Shown: positions 48,172 through 58,386 of the stretch, one piece after another
How the letters are laid out: each line of letters opens with the position of its first letter
Position numbering within the stretch: position 1 is the stretch's first letter
Assembly (NCBI GenBank): GCA_963713825.1
Contig: CAVQNG010000014.1
Location: 54,366-118,365 of the forward strand
Direction: 5' to 3'
DNA: 64,000 bases
Source: an uncultured Acidobacteriota bacterium
GTDB taxonomy: Bacteria; Acidobacteriota; Thermoanaerobaculia; Multivoradales; JAHEKO01
The notes under the pieces: generated by a model
The model's input: the letters and a program-made list of their open reading frames with translations, nothing else
Database searches by the model: none
What the model was told of the DNA's origin: nothing
Position numbers and translations under genes: made by a program

Positions 48172-48404
48172 TGGCGCGCCGGCAGGGACTCGCTCCTGGG
48201 TGTGGTGGGCGGGTGTGGACGGCGACCAAAGGGAGCCACACCCTGAACCCCCAGATTCGAAGGTGCGATGCTGAAGCCTGTGAAGCAGTGAGACCGGAGA
48301 TCGTCGGGTCCACGGCTACCACTGGACCATCTCGATCGCACTCCTCCCTGGTATATCTGCAAGGAATCCGTGGATCGCGAAGATGACGTAGGGGCCGAGC
48401 TCAA
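48172..48404. repeat. Repeat B: tRNA-Arg 3'-end homolog with a 53-bp insert, fused to the same ~190-bp sequence as repeat A
   Basis: tggcgcgccggcagggactcg is identical to the tRNA-Arg 3' end. After an insert it continues aacccccagattcgaag and then the A/B-shared sequence. Confidence 0.55.
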
Positions 48405-48461
48405 TCGGGCCTCGACAGCGAAATTGGCGCTGGCGATCGAAAATCTACGTTGACAGCCGTG

Positions 48462-51400
48462 TCAGGCGATCGCCTGCTGGTCGGGACTTTCGTCGGCCCA
48501 CTTTCGTTTCGATGCCCGGGATAGTGCCACCCAATTGGCGACCGTCGAGTAGGTCACGGGAATCAATATCAGGGTAACCAGAGTCGAAGCCAGCAGCCCG
48601 CCGATGACGACGCGGGCAAGCGAAGCCTGAATCTCGCCGCCCACACCGAGGCCCAGGGCGAGGGGTACCAGGCCGAGCACGGTGGTCGCAGTGGTGATAA
48701 GGATGGGTCGGAGCCGCAATCGACCCGCCTCGATGATCGCATCGGCAGCACCCATCTGGCGCTCGCGCCGGAGCAGGTTGATGGCATCGACCAACACGAT
48801 GGCGTTGTTGACCACGATGCCGATCAGCATGACCAGCCCCATGACACTCTGGATGTTGAGAGTGGTTCCGGTCAGCAACAAAGTGGGCACCACCCCGATG
48901 AGAGCCATTGGCACCGCGAGCATGACGATAAGTGGATCGAAGAAGCGCTCGAACTGGGCGGCCATCAGCATATAGACCAGCACCAGCGCCATGATGATGG
49001 CGATGGTGAAGTCGCGCCGAGCCGCGATCTGCTCTTCGTACTGCCCCCCATAGAGAATCGTGAAACCGCTCGGTAGCTCGAGACCTGCGAGGGCGGCTCG
49101 CACCCCTTCGACCGCATCGCCGAGGGCGACACCGCTCTCGAGATTGGCGGTCACGTAGGTGACCCGCTGCCCGTCGACACGATCGATCTCCACCGGTCCA
49201 CGGCCGCGCTGTCGCTCGACCAAGCTGGAGAGTGCCACCACGGCGCCCTGCGGTGTTCGCAGGGTGACGCCGTCGAGGTCCTGGGAGATCTGTCGGTCTT
49301 GTCGTCGCAACCGGACGGTGATCGGGAATTCGTAGCCTGCCTCACGGTAGCGGCCGGCTTCGATGCCGGCAACGTTGGCCAACAGGGTCTGGCCGACTTC
49401 GCGCACCGACAGTCCCAATTCGGAGATCCGCTCGCGATCGAGAATCAGCCGCTCCTCGGGTCGTCCTTCGCGGCGGCTGACACGAACGTCGGTCACGCCG
49501 GGCACCGCTTCCATGCGCCGTCGCATATCAGCGGCGATGCGGTCGGCTCGGTCCAGCTCCCAGCCACGAAGCTCGAGCTCCAGGGCATCGCTGCCGCCCC
49601 CCGAGCTGAAGACTCGATTGAGCATCCAGAGTCCTTGTTGTGCCTCGACCTCCAGCAGTCCCCCTGGCACCCGCCCATCGACCTCGCGACGCACCAGATC
49701 CGCCAGCTCGGAGCTCGCCAACTGACGCTGGTTCTGTGACTCCAGCTTGAGCTCCACGGCGGCATTGTCGCCTCGAATCTCGGTCGAAAAAAGGCGAACG
49801 TCGCCAGCCGGTACGACGGCTCGCACCCTGTCTTCGAGCTCATCGGTGTAGGCGCGGGCGACCGCGATATTGGTGCCACGCTCCATTTCGAGCTGAATGT
49901 CGATCTCGTCGGCTTCCGTTTGGGGTGCGAGCTCGACCGGGATCAGGGGCCAGGCGGCGATAGCCAGAGCCAGAGCCAAACCGGTCAAGGCAAAAACGCG
50001 TCCGCGATGCCTCATGGCGAATCGCAGCCGATCGGTGTACCAGCTCTCGAGCCTGCGCTGTAGGCGATGGTGTGGTGATCTTTCCAATTCCTCGCGTGGT
50101 GGCAGATGGAGAAACCGCGATGCAAGCATCGGCACCAGTGTCAACGCGACAAACAGCGAGCAGATGAGTGCAAAGACAACGACCAGGGCGAGAGCTTGAA
50201 AAAGCGCTCCGGTGGTCGTGCGGGTGAAAACGACAGGCACGAAGATCACGCAGGTGGTCAGCGTCGACGCGGTGATGGCGCCGGCCACGTCACGAGTTCC
50301 TATTCGGGCCGCTTCCGGCGGCGGCAGATCCTCTTCCTCGCGCTTGCGGACGATGCTCTCCAGAACCACGATGGCGCTGTCGACGATCAGTCCGACCCCG
50401 AGGGCGAGACCGCCGAAGGTCATCTGATTGAGGGTCTGACCGCCGAAGAAGAGAAGTGCGAAGGTAGCAATCACCGAAATCGGGATCGCCAGTGTGATGA
50501 TCAGTGTGCTCGAACGGTTGCGCAGGAAGAGGTACAAGACGCCGATGGCGAGAAAGGACCCCCAGATCGCTGATCTCTGGACGTTGCCAATCGACTGTCG
50601 GATGAAATCGCTCTGGTCGACGACGACGGTCAGCTGGATATCGTCACGCTCCTGGTTGATCAGCTCCGCTTCGTGCCGAACGGCCCGTGCAACCTCCACG
50701 GTGTTGCCACCACTCTGCTTCTGGATTCCGAGACTGATCGAGGGAACACCGTTCATCTCGACGAGGTAGCGCACGTCCTCGTAGGCGTCGCGCACTTCGC
50801 CGATATCCCGCACGCGCACCGGTCGACCGCCAGGAGTGGCGACCACGGTGAGGGCGATCTCCTCGAGGGACCGATACTCCCCGAGGCTGCGGATATAGAG
50901 GTCGTTGAAACCGCTTTTCACCGTGCCGGTTGGGAGCGTCACATTCTCCCGCGCCAAGGCTCGCTCGACATCGAGTGCGGTCAGACCCGTCGCCTGCAGG
51001 CGGTCGCGGTCGAGCTCGACCCGGATCTCGCGATAGACGCCTCCACGAATGTCGATGGCGCCCACACCGGGGATTTGTTCGAACCGGCGGGCCAACTCAT
51101 CCTCGAGCAGTCGCGTCACCTCTTCGAGGTCACGCGTCGAGGTTACAGCCAGGCTCACCACCTCGACGCGGTCGAGGTCGAGCTTGAAAACGCGCGGCGC
51201 AGAGGCCTCCACAGGCAGGTCATCCCGCAATCCGTCGAGGGCTGCTCGCAGGTCGTTGGCCGCTTCGTCGATACTCGTACCGCGAGCAAACTCGAGCCTG
51301 ACCCGGCTGCTGCCCTCTTCAGACTGAGAAGTCACCCTCTCCAAGTTGGGTAGCCCGGCGACGGCGTTCTCGATCCGGTCGGTAATGATCTGCTCGACTT

Positions 51401-51572
51401 CCTCTGGACCGACATTCGGATAGCCGACCCGCACGGTCAGTTGGGTGAATTCCACTTTCGGCAGCAGGTCGATCGGCAGACTGCGGAACGAGACGATCCC
51501 GACGACGATCAGCATGAGAAAGACCATCGTCGTGGCGACAGGCCGGTGGATGGAGACCTCGGTCAAGCGCAT
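48462..51572 (-). CDS. Efflux RND permease (HAE1/AcrB family)
   Basis: MRLTEVSIHRPVATTMVFLMLIVVGIVSFRSLPIDLLPKVEFTQLTV matches the AcrB N-terminus. Full 12-TM architecture. Confidence 0.9.
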   Translation of the reverse strand: MRLTEVSIHRPVATTMVFLMLIVVGIVSFRSLPIDLLPKVEFTQLTVRVGYPNVGPEEVEQIITDRIENAVAGLPNLERVTSQSEEGSSRVRLEFARGTSIDEAANDLRAALDGLRDDLPVEASAPRVFKLDLDRVEVVSLAVTSTRDLEEVTRLLEDELARRFEQIPGVGAIDIRGGVYREIRVELDRDRLQATGLTALDVERALARENVTLPTGTVKSGFNDLYIRSLGEYRSLEEIALTVVATPGGRPVRVRDIGEVRDAYEDVRYLVEMNGVPSISLGIQKQSGGNTVEVARAVRHEAELINQERDDIQLTVVVDQSDFIRQSIGNVQRSAIWGSFLAIGVLYLFLRNRSSTLIITLAIPISVIATFALLFFGGQTLNQMTFGGLALGVGLIVDSAIVVLESIVRKREEEDLPPPEAARIGTRDVAGAITASTLTTCVIFVPVVFTRTTTGALFQALALVVVFALICSLFVALTLVPMLASRFLHLPPREELERSPHHRLQRRLESWYTDRLRFAMRHRGRVFALTGLALALAIAAWPLIPVELAPQTEADEIDIQLEMERGTNIAVARAYTDELEDRVRAVVPAGDVRLFSTEIRGDNAAVELKLESQNQRQLASSELADLVRREVDGRVPGGLLEVEAQQGLWMLNRVFSSGGGSDALELELRGWELDRADRIAADMRRRMEAVPGVTDVRVSRREGRPEERLILDRERISELGLSVREVGQTLLANVAGIEAGRYREAGYEFPITVRLRRQDRQISQDLDGVTLRTPQGAVVALSSLVERQRGRGPVEIDRVDGQRVTYVTANLESGVALGDAVEGVRAALAGLELPSGFTILYGGQYEEQIAARRDFTIAIIMALVLVYMLMAAQFERFFDPLIVMLAVPMALIGVVPTLLLTGTTLNIQSVMGLVMLIGIVVNNAIVLVDAINLLRRERQMGAADAIIEAGRLRLRPILITTATTVLGLVPLALGLGVGGEIQASLARVVIGGLLASTLVTLILIPVTYSTVANWVALSRASKRKWADESPDQQAIA

Positions 51573-52996
51573 TTCATGGCTCCACCGGTTTCTGTCTCTT
51601 GGCAGCGGCCTCCTCGAGGACTTGTTCCACCACCTGCTTCGCTCGCGGGGATCTCGGCCCCGAGAGCAGCGGCTATCGTGCGCTGTTTGTCGAGAAAGCT
51701 CTCGAGCAGGTCCTCGTCCTGCAGGTCCTGAAGCTCCATAACGCGATCCCAGCTTGTCGGGCGGATGCGAGCAACTGCTGTGCCGACGCCCTTCGGACCT
51801 TCATCGGAGTCTGGACCGGCGGCCTTCGCCGCCAACTCCGACTGCTCGTTCAAGAGGTGCTGCCCAACGGTCACGACCCAGGCATCCGCCGCGATGCCGG
51901 TAACTCCCGCGGCACCGCGGCCCTCAGCCAGGATGTCGATCGGCCGAAACACCACCCGATAGACGGTCTCCGCGCTCCAGGTATCGGCTTCGGCAGGCTC
52001 TTCGAGGCCTGCCGCTTCCTGGACCTCGAAGACTCCACGCTGGCCAGAAGCCGGATTCTCCCAGACCGCGCCCACCGGCACGAGGATCGCCTGCTGGCTC
52101 TGACCGACGAGAATGCGCACGGTGGCGAACATCCCTGGCCTCAGTGCGCCGGCGCGATTGTCGACATCGATCTCACCCAGGGTCGTAAAGCTGTCCGCGG
52201 CAAGAAAGGGGGAGATGCGCGACAGAAAAGCCCGGATCGGCTCAGCTGCCGCCGAGCGGGTTGCGATCTCCACCGACTGGCCCACTTCGACACGGGAGAG
52301 CATGGCTTCGGTCAGATCGACTTCGACAATCAGCTCGTTCAGATCGCCCATCACAAAGAGGATATCTGCGGAGTCGACCAACATTCCCACTTCGGCGCGA
52401 CGCTCGCCGAGTTGGCCGGAAACCGGAGCGCGTACAACGGTCTTGGCTCTGGAGGAACGCCTCTCTACGGCTGTAGCCTGCGCCTGCTCGACGCGTGCCG
52501 TGGCTTCGTCGGTGCTGGCATGAAGGGTGTCGAGCTGAGCTTCGAGCGTCTCGAGCTCCTGCTCACTGATCAGTTCCTCAGCCGCCAGGGTTCGGGTCCT
52601 GGCCACCCGTGCCTCGAGCTCCACGACCCGGGCTCTGGCCGCCGCCGCACTTGCTTCCGCCAGACGGACATTGGCTTCGGCCTGTCGCAGCCGTTCGCGG
52701 GCCTCGACTTCGTCCAGACGAACCAGAGGCTGGCCACGTTCGACCACCTCGCCGCTGCGGACCAGGACTTCCACGACTCGGCCCTCCATCTCTGGACGGA
52801 TCGCCACCTGATTGCGGGCTCGGACCACGCCGGGCACCGTCACCTCGATTGGCAGTGCACCAACGCGAGACTGAACCGCCTCTACCAGGGGTGCCAGTGT
52901 CGGCTTGCTCTCCTCGCGGTCGGTGCTCCCGCAGGCAAGGCCAAACACCAGGCACAGGCATACTGCGGCGCGGAGTATGGGTTGAAGAGTGTTCAT
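51563..52996 (-). CDS. Efflux RND periplasmic adaptor subunit (lipoprotein)
   Basis: Signal and lipobox LVFGLACGS. Long coiled-coil hairpin. Overlaps the permease start by 10 nt. Confidence 0.8.
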   Translation of the reverse strand: MNTLQPILRAAVCLCLVFGLACGSTDREESKPTLAPLVEAVQSRVGALPIEVTVPGVVRARNQVAIRPEMEGRVVEVLVRSGEVVERGQPLVRLDEVEARERLRQAEANVRLAEASAAAARARVVELEARVARTRTLAAEELISEQELETLEAQLDTLHASTDEATARVEQAQATAVERRSSRAKTVVRAPVSGQLGERRAEVGMLVDSADILFVMGDLNELIVEVDLTEAMLSRVEVGQSVEIATRSAAAEPIRAFLSRISPFLAADSFTTLGEIDVDNRAGALRPGMFATVRILVGQSQQAILVPVGAVWENPASGQRGVFEVQEAAGLEEPAEADTWSAETVYRVVFRPIDILAEGRGAAGVTGIAADAWVVTVGQHLLNEQSELAAKAAGPDSDEGPKGVGTAVARIRPTSWDRVMELQDLQDEDLLESFLDKQRTIAAALGAEIPASEAGGGTSPRGGRCQETETGGAMKCA

Positions 52997-53102
52997 CGCC
53001 CTGATCTTTCCCCTTCGACACCCCGCTCAGCCAGAATCGAACGGGGCGGTAGACTATCAGCTGAGCGGTCGGACACGCTTCAGCTTCTCTTCTCGGGCCT
53101 CG

Positions 53103-53378
53103 CTAGGCGGGTGTGGCGACCGGATTTGAATTCACCGGCATGAGCGGTTTCTGGTGCGGGTGGGGTGAAATGATGAGCAGGGGGTCGGTACTCGAGATCA
53201 TGGTGGCGCCATGCTTGGCAAAGACCTCACACAGGATAGGCCCCATGAACAGGTGCGCAGTGGCCAGGAAGACCGAGAGCTGCTGGCGTCGAGCCAGGTT
53301 CTCGAGGACGAGGTGACGTCGAGTTCGGAAGGCTGAAGATGTGGACCGGAGGAACACTCCAAGAAGGCGAATCATCAC
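53103..53378 (-). pseudogene. Fragment of a DDE (rve/integrase-core type) transposase N-terminus
   Basis: RRHLVLENLARRQQLSV matches the RRDFVLENLALRHQLAV N-terminus of the fragment at 56194. The rest of the frame is non-protein-like. Confidence 0.4.
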
Positions 53379-53462
53379 GCGGAGAGGATATCCGCTACCG
53401 GTGTGAAGGCTGCTGTCTACTGGACGGATGAGAAAACGACAGGGACAACCGAGGGTCAGCCA

Positions 53463-56042
53463 CTAGCCGCTACTGGTCTCGGCGAGAAAACGCTCGTGGC
53501 ATGCCTTGCCGGCGGCGCGGACGTCGGCCCACTCCTCGGCAAACTCGGGATCATTGCGCAGGCTGGCAATCAGAGGATCGGTATCGATGTGCGGGTACGA
53601 GCAGTAACCCCCATCGATCGCCCGCTCCAACAACTCTAGAGCGACCTCGTGCTCGCCGGCGAAAGCAAAAATGGCCGCATTCCAGTGGACCTGCTCCACG
53701 TCATTGAGGAGGTCCGTGAAACCCATCTCTTGCTGCAGTACCTCCGGCGCCATGGTCCGATCTTCCAAAACGGGCTCGAGACTCGCTGCCAGGATGGTAT
53801 AGCTCGTATTCCGTGACAGCTCCAGCGCCTCCTCGAGGCGCCCTTGCCGTATCCGAACGACGGCCAGATTGCCAAAGTAGAAGTCGTTGCCAGGACTCAG
53901 ATCGAGGAACTGCTCGGCCCGATCGTAGCGACTCGCCAGGTAGTTGGTGATGCCGCACGATCGAAAGCCTGGGTTGTTCGGGTCGAGACCGAGGGCCGTA
54001 TCGCAATCCCGCACCGATTGCTCGATCGCACCGGCATAGCGCAAAAGGTAGGCGCGGAGAAAATAGACCCGGCCAACTCTTGGGCGCTGTTCGATCAACT
54101 GACTCGCGGCCCTGTAGGCCTTGGCCAGCTCACCACGCTCGATATCGATCATGATGACCCGCACTTGTGGCTCGATCAGCTCGGGATCGAGCTCCAAGGC
54201 CCGGTGGGCAGCTTCGATGGCCCTGTCACTGTCCTCGAATGTACCGCCGCCGTAAAGCACGTAGAAATGCAGGCGATTGGCCAGCTCTCCCCAGGCTGGC
54301 GCGTAGTTCGGGTCGAGCTCGACGGCCCGCTCCACCAGGGCCAAAGCCTCGCTATTCGGAGCGGGATCCGAGCTCATCGAGAGGCTACGTAGATAGAAAT
54401 TGTACGCTTCCTCGTTGGTCGGCAACGTACCGGTCGACGCCAGCGTGGCGCCGGGATCGAGAATCGGCATCAATCCCTGCTCCACCCTCTCGGCCACCGC
54501 TTGGCGGAGCGACAAGAGCTCCTGCCATCCAACCACGACACTGTCTCGCCAGACCACGCTATTGCCATCGACATCGATAGCCTCGAGCGTCAGTCTCAGC
54601 TGATCCCCCTCTTTGAGATACTGACCCGTCACCACGTTGGCAACACCAAGCTCTCGCCCGAGGGTCAAGGGATCTGTTCCCGCGGTATCGAGCCGCGAGG
54701 TGGTCGAGAAGGGGCGAATCGACAGACCCGAGCCGCGACTCAAGGCCGTCGTGATTTCATCAGGCACCGCCAGTCGCAGATAATCCAGCTCGGCGTTCGC
54801 GCCGAGATTGGCAAACGGCAGCACGGCAACAGAGCGCGGATCCTGCTCTTCAGCTGCGACTGCAACCGCATCGGTGGTCTCGGTTGGAGCCGATGTTTGC
54901 CGGCCCTGCCACCAGAAGATTCCCACAACGAGGATCCCCGCTGCTGCGACGATTGCCCCGAGCAGACCCCACGGACGCCTCGCTTCTGGCTGCGGTCCAC
55001 TAACTTGCGCCGGGACCTCGGCGACGGACGAAGCCGGATCAGTCACAACCGTCGCGCCGCCGCTGACCGCAGACGCTGGTGCACTCACAGGTGGCCCTGG
55101 AGCGCTCGAAACGGGCCCGCTCGCCGCAGCTCCCTGGAGCACGGGTGTCCCGGTGGTCGTCGAGAGCTGCCCCGAGTCGACCTCGCCGCGGAGCCCTTCA
55201 AGCTCATTGCGCACGTCTTTGGCCGACTGGTAGCGCCGCTCCGGGTCTTTCTCCAAACAGTGCTGAATGATCCGCGCCAGGTGGCGCGGCAGATCGGCCC
55301 GCATCTCGACCACCGAGGACGGCGTGTCCTTCAGGATGCTCGAAGCTAGCTCGATCCCCGAGTCGCCTTGAAAGGGTCGCCGACCGGTGACCATCTCATA
55401 GAGCAAGATGCCGAACGAGAAGATATCGGTGCGCGAGTCCACCTCTTTACCGCTCAGCTGCTCGGGACTCATGTAGGGCGCGGTGCCCATGACAGTGCCT
55501 TCGCCGGTCAGCGCTGCCGATTGCGTCAGCGCTTCGGTCGCCACATCCAAAAATGTAGTCGGCGAGGTTTCCGTCGCCAGCTTAGCGAGCCCGAAATCCA
55601 AAACTTTGATATTGCCGTCGGCGGTGACCATGACGTTGGCTGGCTTCAAATCCCTATGGGTGATGCCCTTCTCGTGCGCTGCCGCCAAGGCATCGGCCAG
55701 CGGAATGGCATACGCAAAGACCTCGGCCAGCGGCATTCCACCCGGCGGCAGAACCCGATCGAGGCTCCTGCCCTCGACCTTTTCCATCACCAGCAAACGC
55801 CGTCCCTCGGCCTCTTCCACATTGAACAGCGTGACGATATTGGGATGATTGAGCGATGCCACAGCCCGCGCCTCGCGCCGAAACCTCTCCAAGCGCTCCG
55901 GGCTCTCCTCGGCCATCGGCGGCAAGATCTTCAGTGCAACCTCCCGGCCGAGCTCCGTATCCTCGGCCAGATAGACCTCACCCATCCCACCCTCACCGAG
56001 CTTCGCAACGATTTTGTACCGCGAGAGAGTCTTTCCGATCAT
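53463..56042 (-). CDS. Ser/Thr protein kinase with TM helix and periplasmic TPR-repeat domain
   Basis: Start MIGKTLSRYKIVAKLGEGGMGEVYLA. Kinase motifs HRDLKPANVMV and DFGLA. Pro/Ser/Ala-rich linker and one TM helix. C-terminal TPR-like repeats. Confidence 0.85.
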   Translation of the reverse strand: MIGKTLSRYKIVAKLGEGGMGEVYLAEDTELGREVALKILPPMAEESPERLERFRREARAVASLNHPNIVTLFNVEEAEGRRLLVMEKVEGRSLDRVLPPGGMPLAEVFAYAIPLADALAAAHEKGITHRDLKPANVMVTADGNIKVLDFGLAKLATETSPTTFLDVATEALTQSAALTGEGTVMGTAPYMSPEQLSGKEVDSRTDIFSFGILLYEMVTGRRPFQGDSGIELASSILKDTPSSVVEMRADLPRHLARIIQHCLEKDPERRYQSAKDVRNELEGLRGEVDSGQLSTTTGTPVLQGAAASGPVSSAPGPPVSAPASAVSGGATVVTDPASSVAEVPAQVSGPQPEARRPWGLLGAIVAAAGILVVGIFWWQGRQTSAPTETTDAVAVAAEEQDPRSVAVLPFANLGANAELDYLRLAVPDEITTALSRGSGLSIRPFSTTSRLDTAGTDPLTLGRELGVANVVTGQYLKEGDQLRLTLEAIDVDGNSVVWRDSVVVGWQELLSLRQAVAERVEQGLMPILDPGATLASTGTLPTNEEAYNFYLRSLSMSSDPAPNSEALALVERAVELDPNYAPAWGELANRLHFYVLYGGGTFEDSDRAIEAAHRALELDPELIEPQVRVIMIDIERGELAKAYRAASQLIEQRPRVGRVYFLRAYLLRYAGAIEQSVRDCDTALGLDPNNPGFRSCGITNYLASRYDRAEQFLDLSPGNDFYFGNLAVVRIRQGRLEEALELSRNTSYTILAASLEPVLEDRTMAPEVLQQEMGFTDLLNDVEQVHWNAAIFAFAGEHEVALELLERAIDGGYCSYPHIDTDPLIASLRNDPEFAEEWADVRAAGKACHERFLAETSSG

Positions 56043-56193
56043 GTCTGCAGACCGATTGTAGAACTTCCAGCCCCCGCATGGGAGGGCGCAAGGCCCTGTA
56101 GGGCGCCAGAACCCCATCCGCCCAACGAAATCGTTGACACCCTGCAGTGATCGCCGGCTGACTGAGCTGATGCTCTAGATCTTCTTCACGATC

Positions 56194-56550
56194 GTGAGGA
56201 CGCTCCGATCTGCCCTCAAGGTTCGGCGAGATTTCGTCCTCGAGAACCTGGCACTTCGACACCAGCTCGCTGTCCTGACGCGCTCGGGTAACCGTCCCCG
56301 CTTTCGCCCAGCTGATCGCTTTCTCTGCACCTGGCTCCGGTCTCTCTGGGACTGTTGGAGACAATCGCTTGTCCTCGTTCTCCCGGCAACCGTCGTTCGC
56401 TGGCATCGCGAGGGTTTCCGGCGATATTGGGCTCGGAAGTCTCGTCGCCAGCCGGGTAGACCGCGAGTCGATCCAGAGCTCTTGAGACTCATCCGCCTGA
56501 TGGCCACTACAAACCCACTTTGGGGAGCGCCTGATCGGTTCTGTCCGGCG
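56194..56550 (+). pseudogene. Truncated DDE transposase N-terminal region (HTH part only)
   Basis: VLENLALRHQLAVLTR...RFLCTWLRSLWDCWRQSLVLVLPATVVRWHREGFRRYWARKSRR..GRPRVDPELLRLIRLMATTNPLWGAP is the conserved N-terminus of rve-type transposases. The catalytic DDE domain is missing and the frame degenerates after WGAP. Confidence 0.5.
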
Positions 56551-57037
56551 CGAGTGCCTCGATCACGTAATCGTCCTTGGAGAGGCACATTCGCGCCACG
56601 TCCTCGGCACCCACTTCGCCTACTACCAGCGCTCGAGAATCCACCTCTTCCTGAACAAAGATGCTCCCAACCCGACAGACATCCAGCCACCGGCGATGGG
56701 TGAGGTCATCGAGCTACCCGAAGTCGGTGGGCTCCATCATCGCTACGAACGCCGGGCGGCCTGACCACTGGACCGCCTCTCCGAGATCAGCGCCCTCTAG
56801 CCCGCCCCAAAGCTGGACCGCTGCGCCCGAGCCCCGAACGCGGCCCGCAGAAGTCACCGCTCCGACCCTGGCACGGGCCAGTCGGCGTGCGCCCATCGAA
56901 GGATCGGAGCCCAATCCCGCGCATAATCGGCCAGACGGGGTTTACGATACGGACAAGGAGATTGCACATACCAATGGACCGTGGATGGACCATGTGAGCT
57001 GGAGGTGTCTAGTGTCGCCACTTGACCTTACGGCAAA

Positions 57038-57105
57038 TGTCCTGTTTTGAGGGAGTTGCTTGGCGCGCCGGCAGGGACTCGAACCCCGAACCCCCAGATC
57101 CGAAG
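57038..57105. repeat. Direct repeat of the tRNA-Arg 3' half plus ~20 nt of trailer (att-like)
   Basis: 45 nt (tggcgcgccggcagggactcgaaccccgaacccccagatccgaag) are identical to 58887-58931. The preceding gttttgagggagttgc resembles the tRNA trailer gtttgagggagttgag. Confidence 0.7.
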
Positions 57106-57171
57106 CAGGGGGGTTCAGGGACTTCTCAGAAGGTTCTCTTGAGCCCCTGGGACCGTTTCGGCAAAGCTGAG

Positions 57172-57693
57172 CTAGGGCTTCCCGCCGTCAGAAACTCGGA
57201 AACCCAGAGGATTCAGTAGTAGTTCAGGTGCGACGACCTCGGGTTGCTTCATGTCGAGCGGTCTACAGGGCGAGTGGGCCAGGAACAGCGACAACTCGAG
57301 CAGAGTCATTTCGGGCTCGGTGGCCAGAATGTCCCTGGTCATGTGGGTGAAATCGGTCATCGATCCAAGCACCACGCGGCTGTTTGTCCGTCCGTAGTAC
57401 ATTGGATCCATCAGGGACAACTCGCGATCGATAGCCTCTTGCGGAACCTTCAGCGCGAGGAGCACGTCTGTGAGAAGTCTCAGGAATCGCTTTTCAAAAT
57501 GGTCGAGATCCCGAGCTGTCGTGACGATCGGGAGCAGGGACCGCTCGCTGACCAGGATTAGAAAGTGCCCCTGCGGGGTGTAGACGATGTTTGCGAACCA
57601 ATCTCCCAGCCGATTCTCTGGAGGGGGCGGCTCGCCTGGATCTCGGATTCCCAGCCGTTTGAGGAGCTTCGCCGTGCATCGAAGGGTCGTCAT
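57172..57693 (-). CDS. Hypothetical protein (islet cargo)
   Basis: 173-aa ORF with balanced composition and no recognizable motifs. Confidence 0.4.
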   Translation of the reverse strand: MTTLRCTAKLLKRLGIRDPGEPPPPENRLGDWFANIVYTPQGHFLILVSERSLLPIVTTARDLDHFEKRFLRLLTDVLLALKVPQEAIDRELSLMDPMYYGRTNSRVVLGSMTDFTHMTRDILATEPEMTLLELSLFLAHSPCRPLDMKQPEVVAPELLLNPLGFRVSDGGKP

Positions 57694-57758
57694 GGTTCTT
57701 CCTCGTCCAATGCAGATGGGGGCAGAAAGCCGTGCCTGATGAAGAAGCCTCCTGGGAA

Positions 57759-58097
57759 TCAGTCAGCGAGAGTCCGCTCGAGAGCATCGATCATCTCGCG
57801 CAGATCAGTCGACACGACATTCCAGACAATGTCATGGTCCACCGCGGCGTAGCCGTGTACCAGACGATTCCTCATGCCGATGATTTCCTTCCAGGGAATC
57901 TCGGGCGAGTTCGCCCTGGTCGAAGGTGAGACCTTGCTCGCAGCCTCGCCGATGACCTCGACAAAGCGCTCCAGGGCTGCAGCCAGGATCAGGTCAGAGT
58001 CGAGATCTGATCGATCCTTCTCTGCGACCGCTTCAACTGCCCGGCGGGCGTGATCGAGCATGTCGCGAAGGAGAACGTTGTCTTCAGGCGGCCTCAT
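57759..58097 (-). CDS. hepT: HepT-family toxin (HEPN domain, DUF86)
   Basis: C-terminal HEPN R-x4-H motif in MRNRLVHGY. Overlaps the MNT gene by 14 nt. Confidence 0.75.
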   Translation of the reverse strand: MRPPEDNVLLRDMLDHARRAVEAVAEKDRSDLDSDLILAAALERFVEVIGEAASKVSPSTRANSPEIPWKEIIGMRNRLVHGYAAVDHDIVWNVVSTDLREMIDALERTLAD

Positions 58098-58386
58098 AGA
58101 TGGGTATCGCTTCGGCAGTCACGCGATCGCGGAAGTGTGGGCTGAGGAACCCGGGTGTGTTCAGGTCGACCTCTCGCCCGACCAGGTTTGACAGTTCATC
58201 CTGTATAGCGATGAATTGCAGGCCTACGTTGTGCCCCGGGATGAACTCGACGAGCAGGTCAATGTCGCTGTCTGGATGCAGTTCGCGCCGCGCAGCCGAT
58301 CCGAAGACAGCCAAGCGGCGAATGCCATGTTGCCGACACAGCTCAGCGAGCTTTCGTTGGTCGATCTCGAGTACTGCCCGGTTCAT
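58084..58386 (-). CDS. mntA: MNT-family nucleotidyltransferase antitoxin
   Basis: LAVFGSAARRELHPDSDIDLLVEF is the GS-x9-DxD polymerase-beta-type NTase motif. Confidence 0.75.
   Translation of the reverse strand: MNRAVLEIDQRKLAELCRQHGIRRLAVFGSAARRELHPDSDIDLLVEFIPGHNVGLQFIAIQDELSNLVGREVDLNTPGFLSPHFRDRVTAEAIPIYEAA

Noticed and set aside
51599-53143. 514-aa plus-strand ORF
   Set aside because: Antisense to the RND adaptor gene. No protein-like features.
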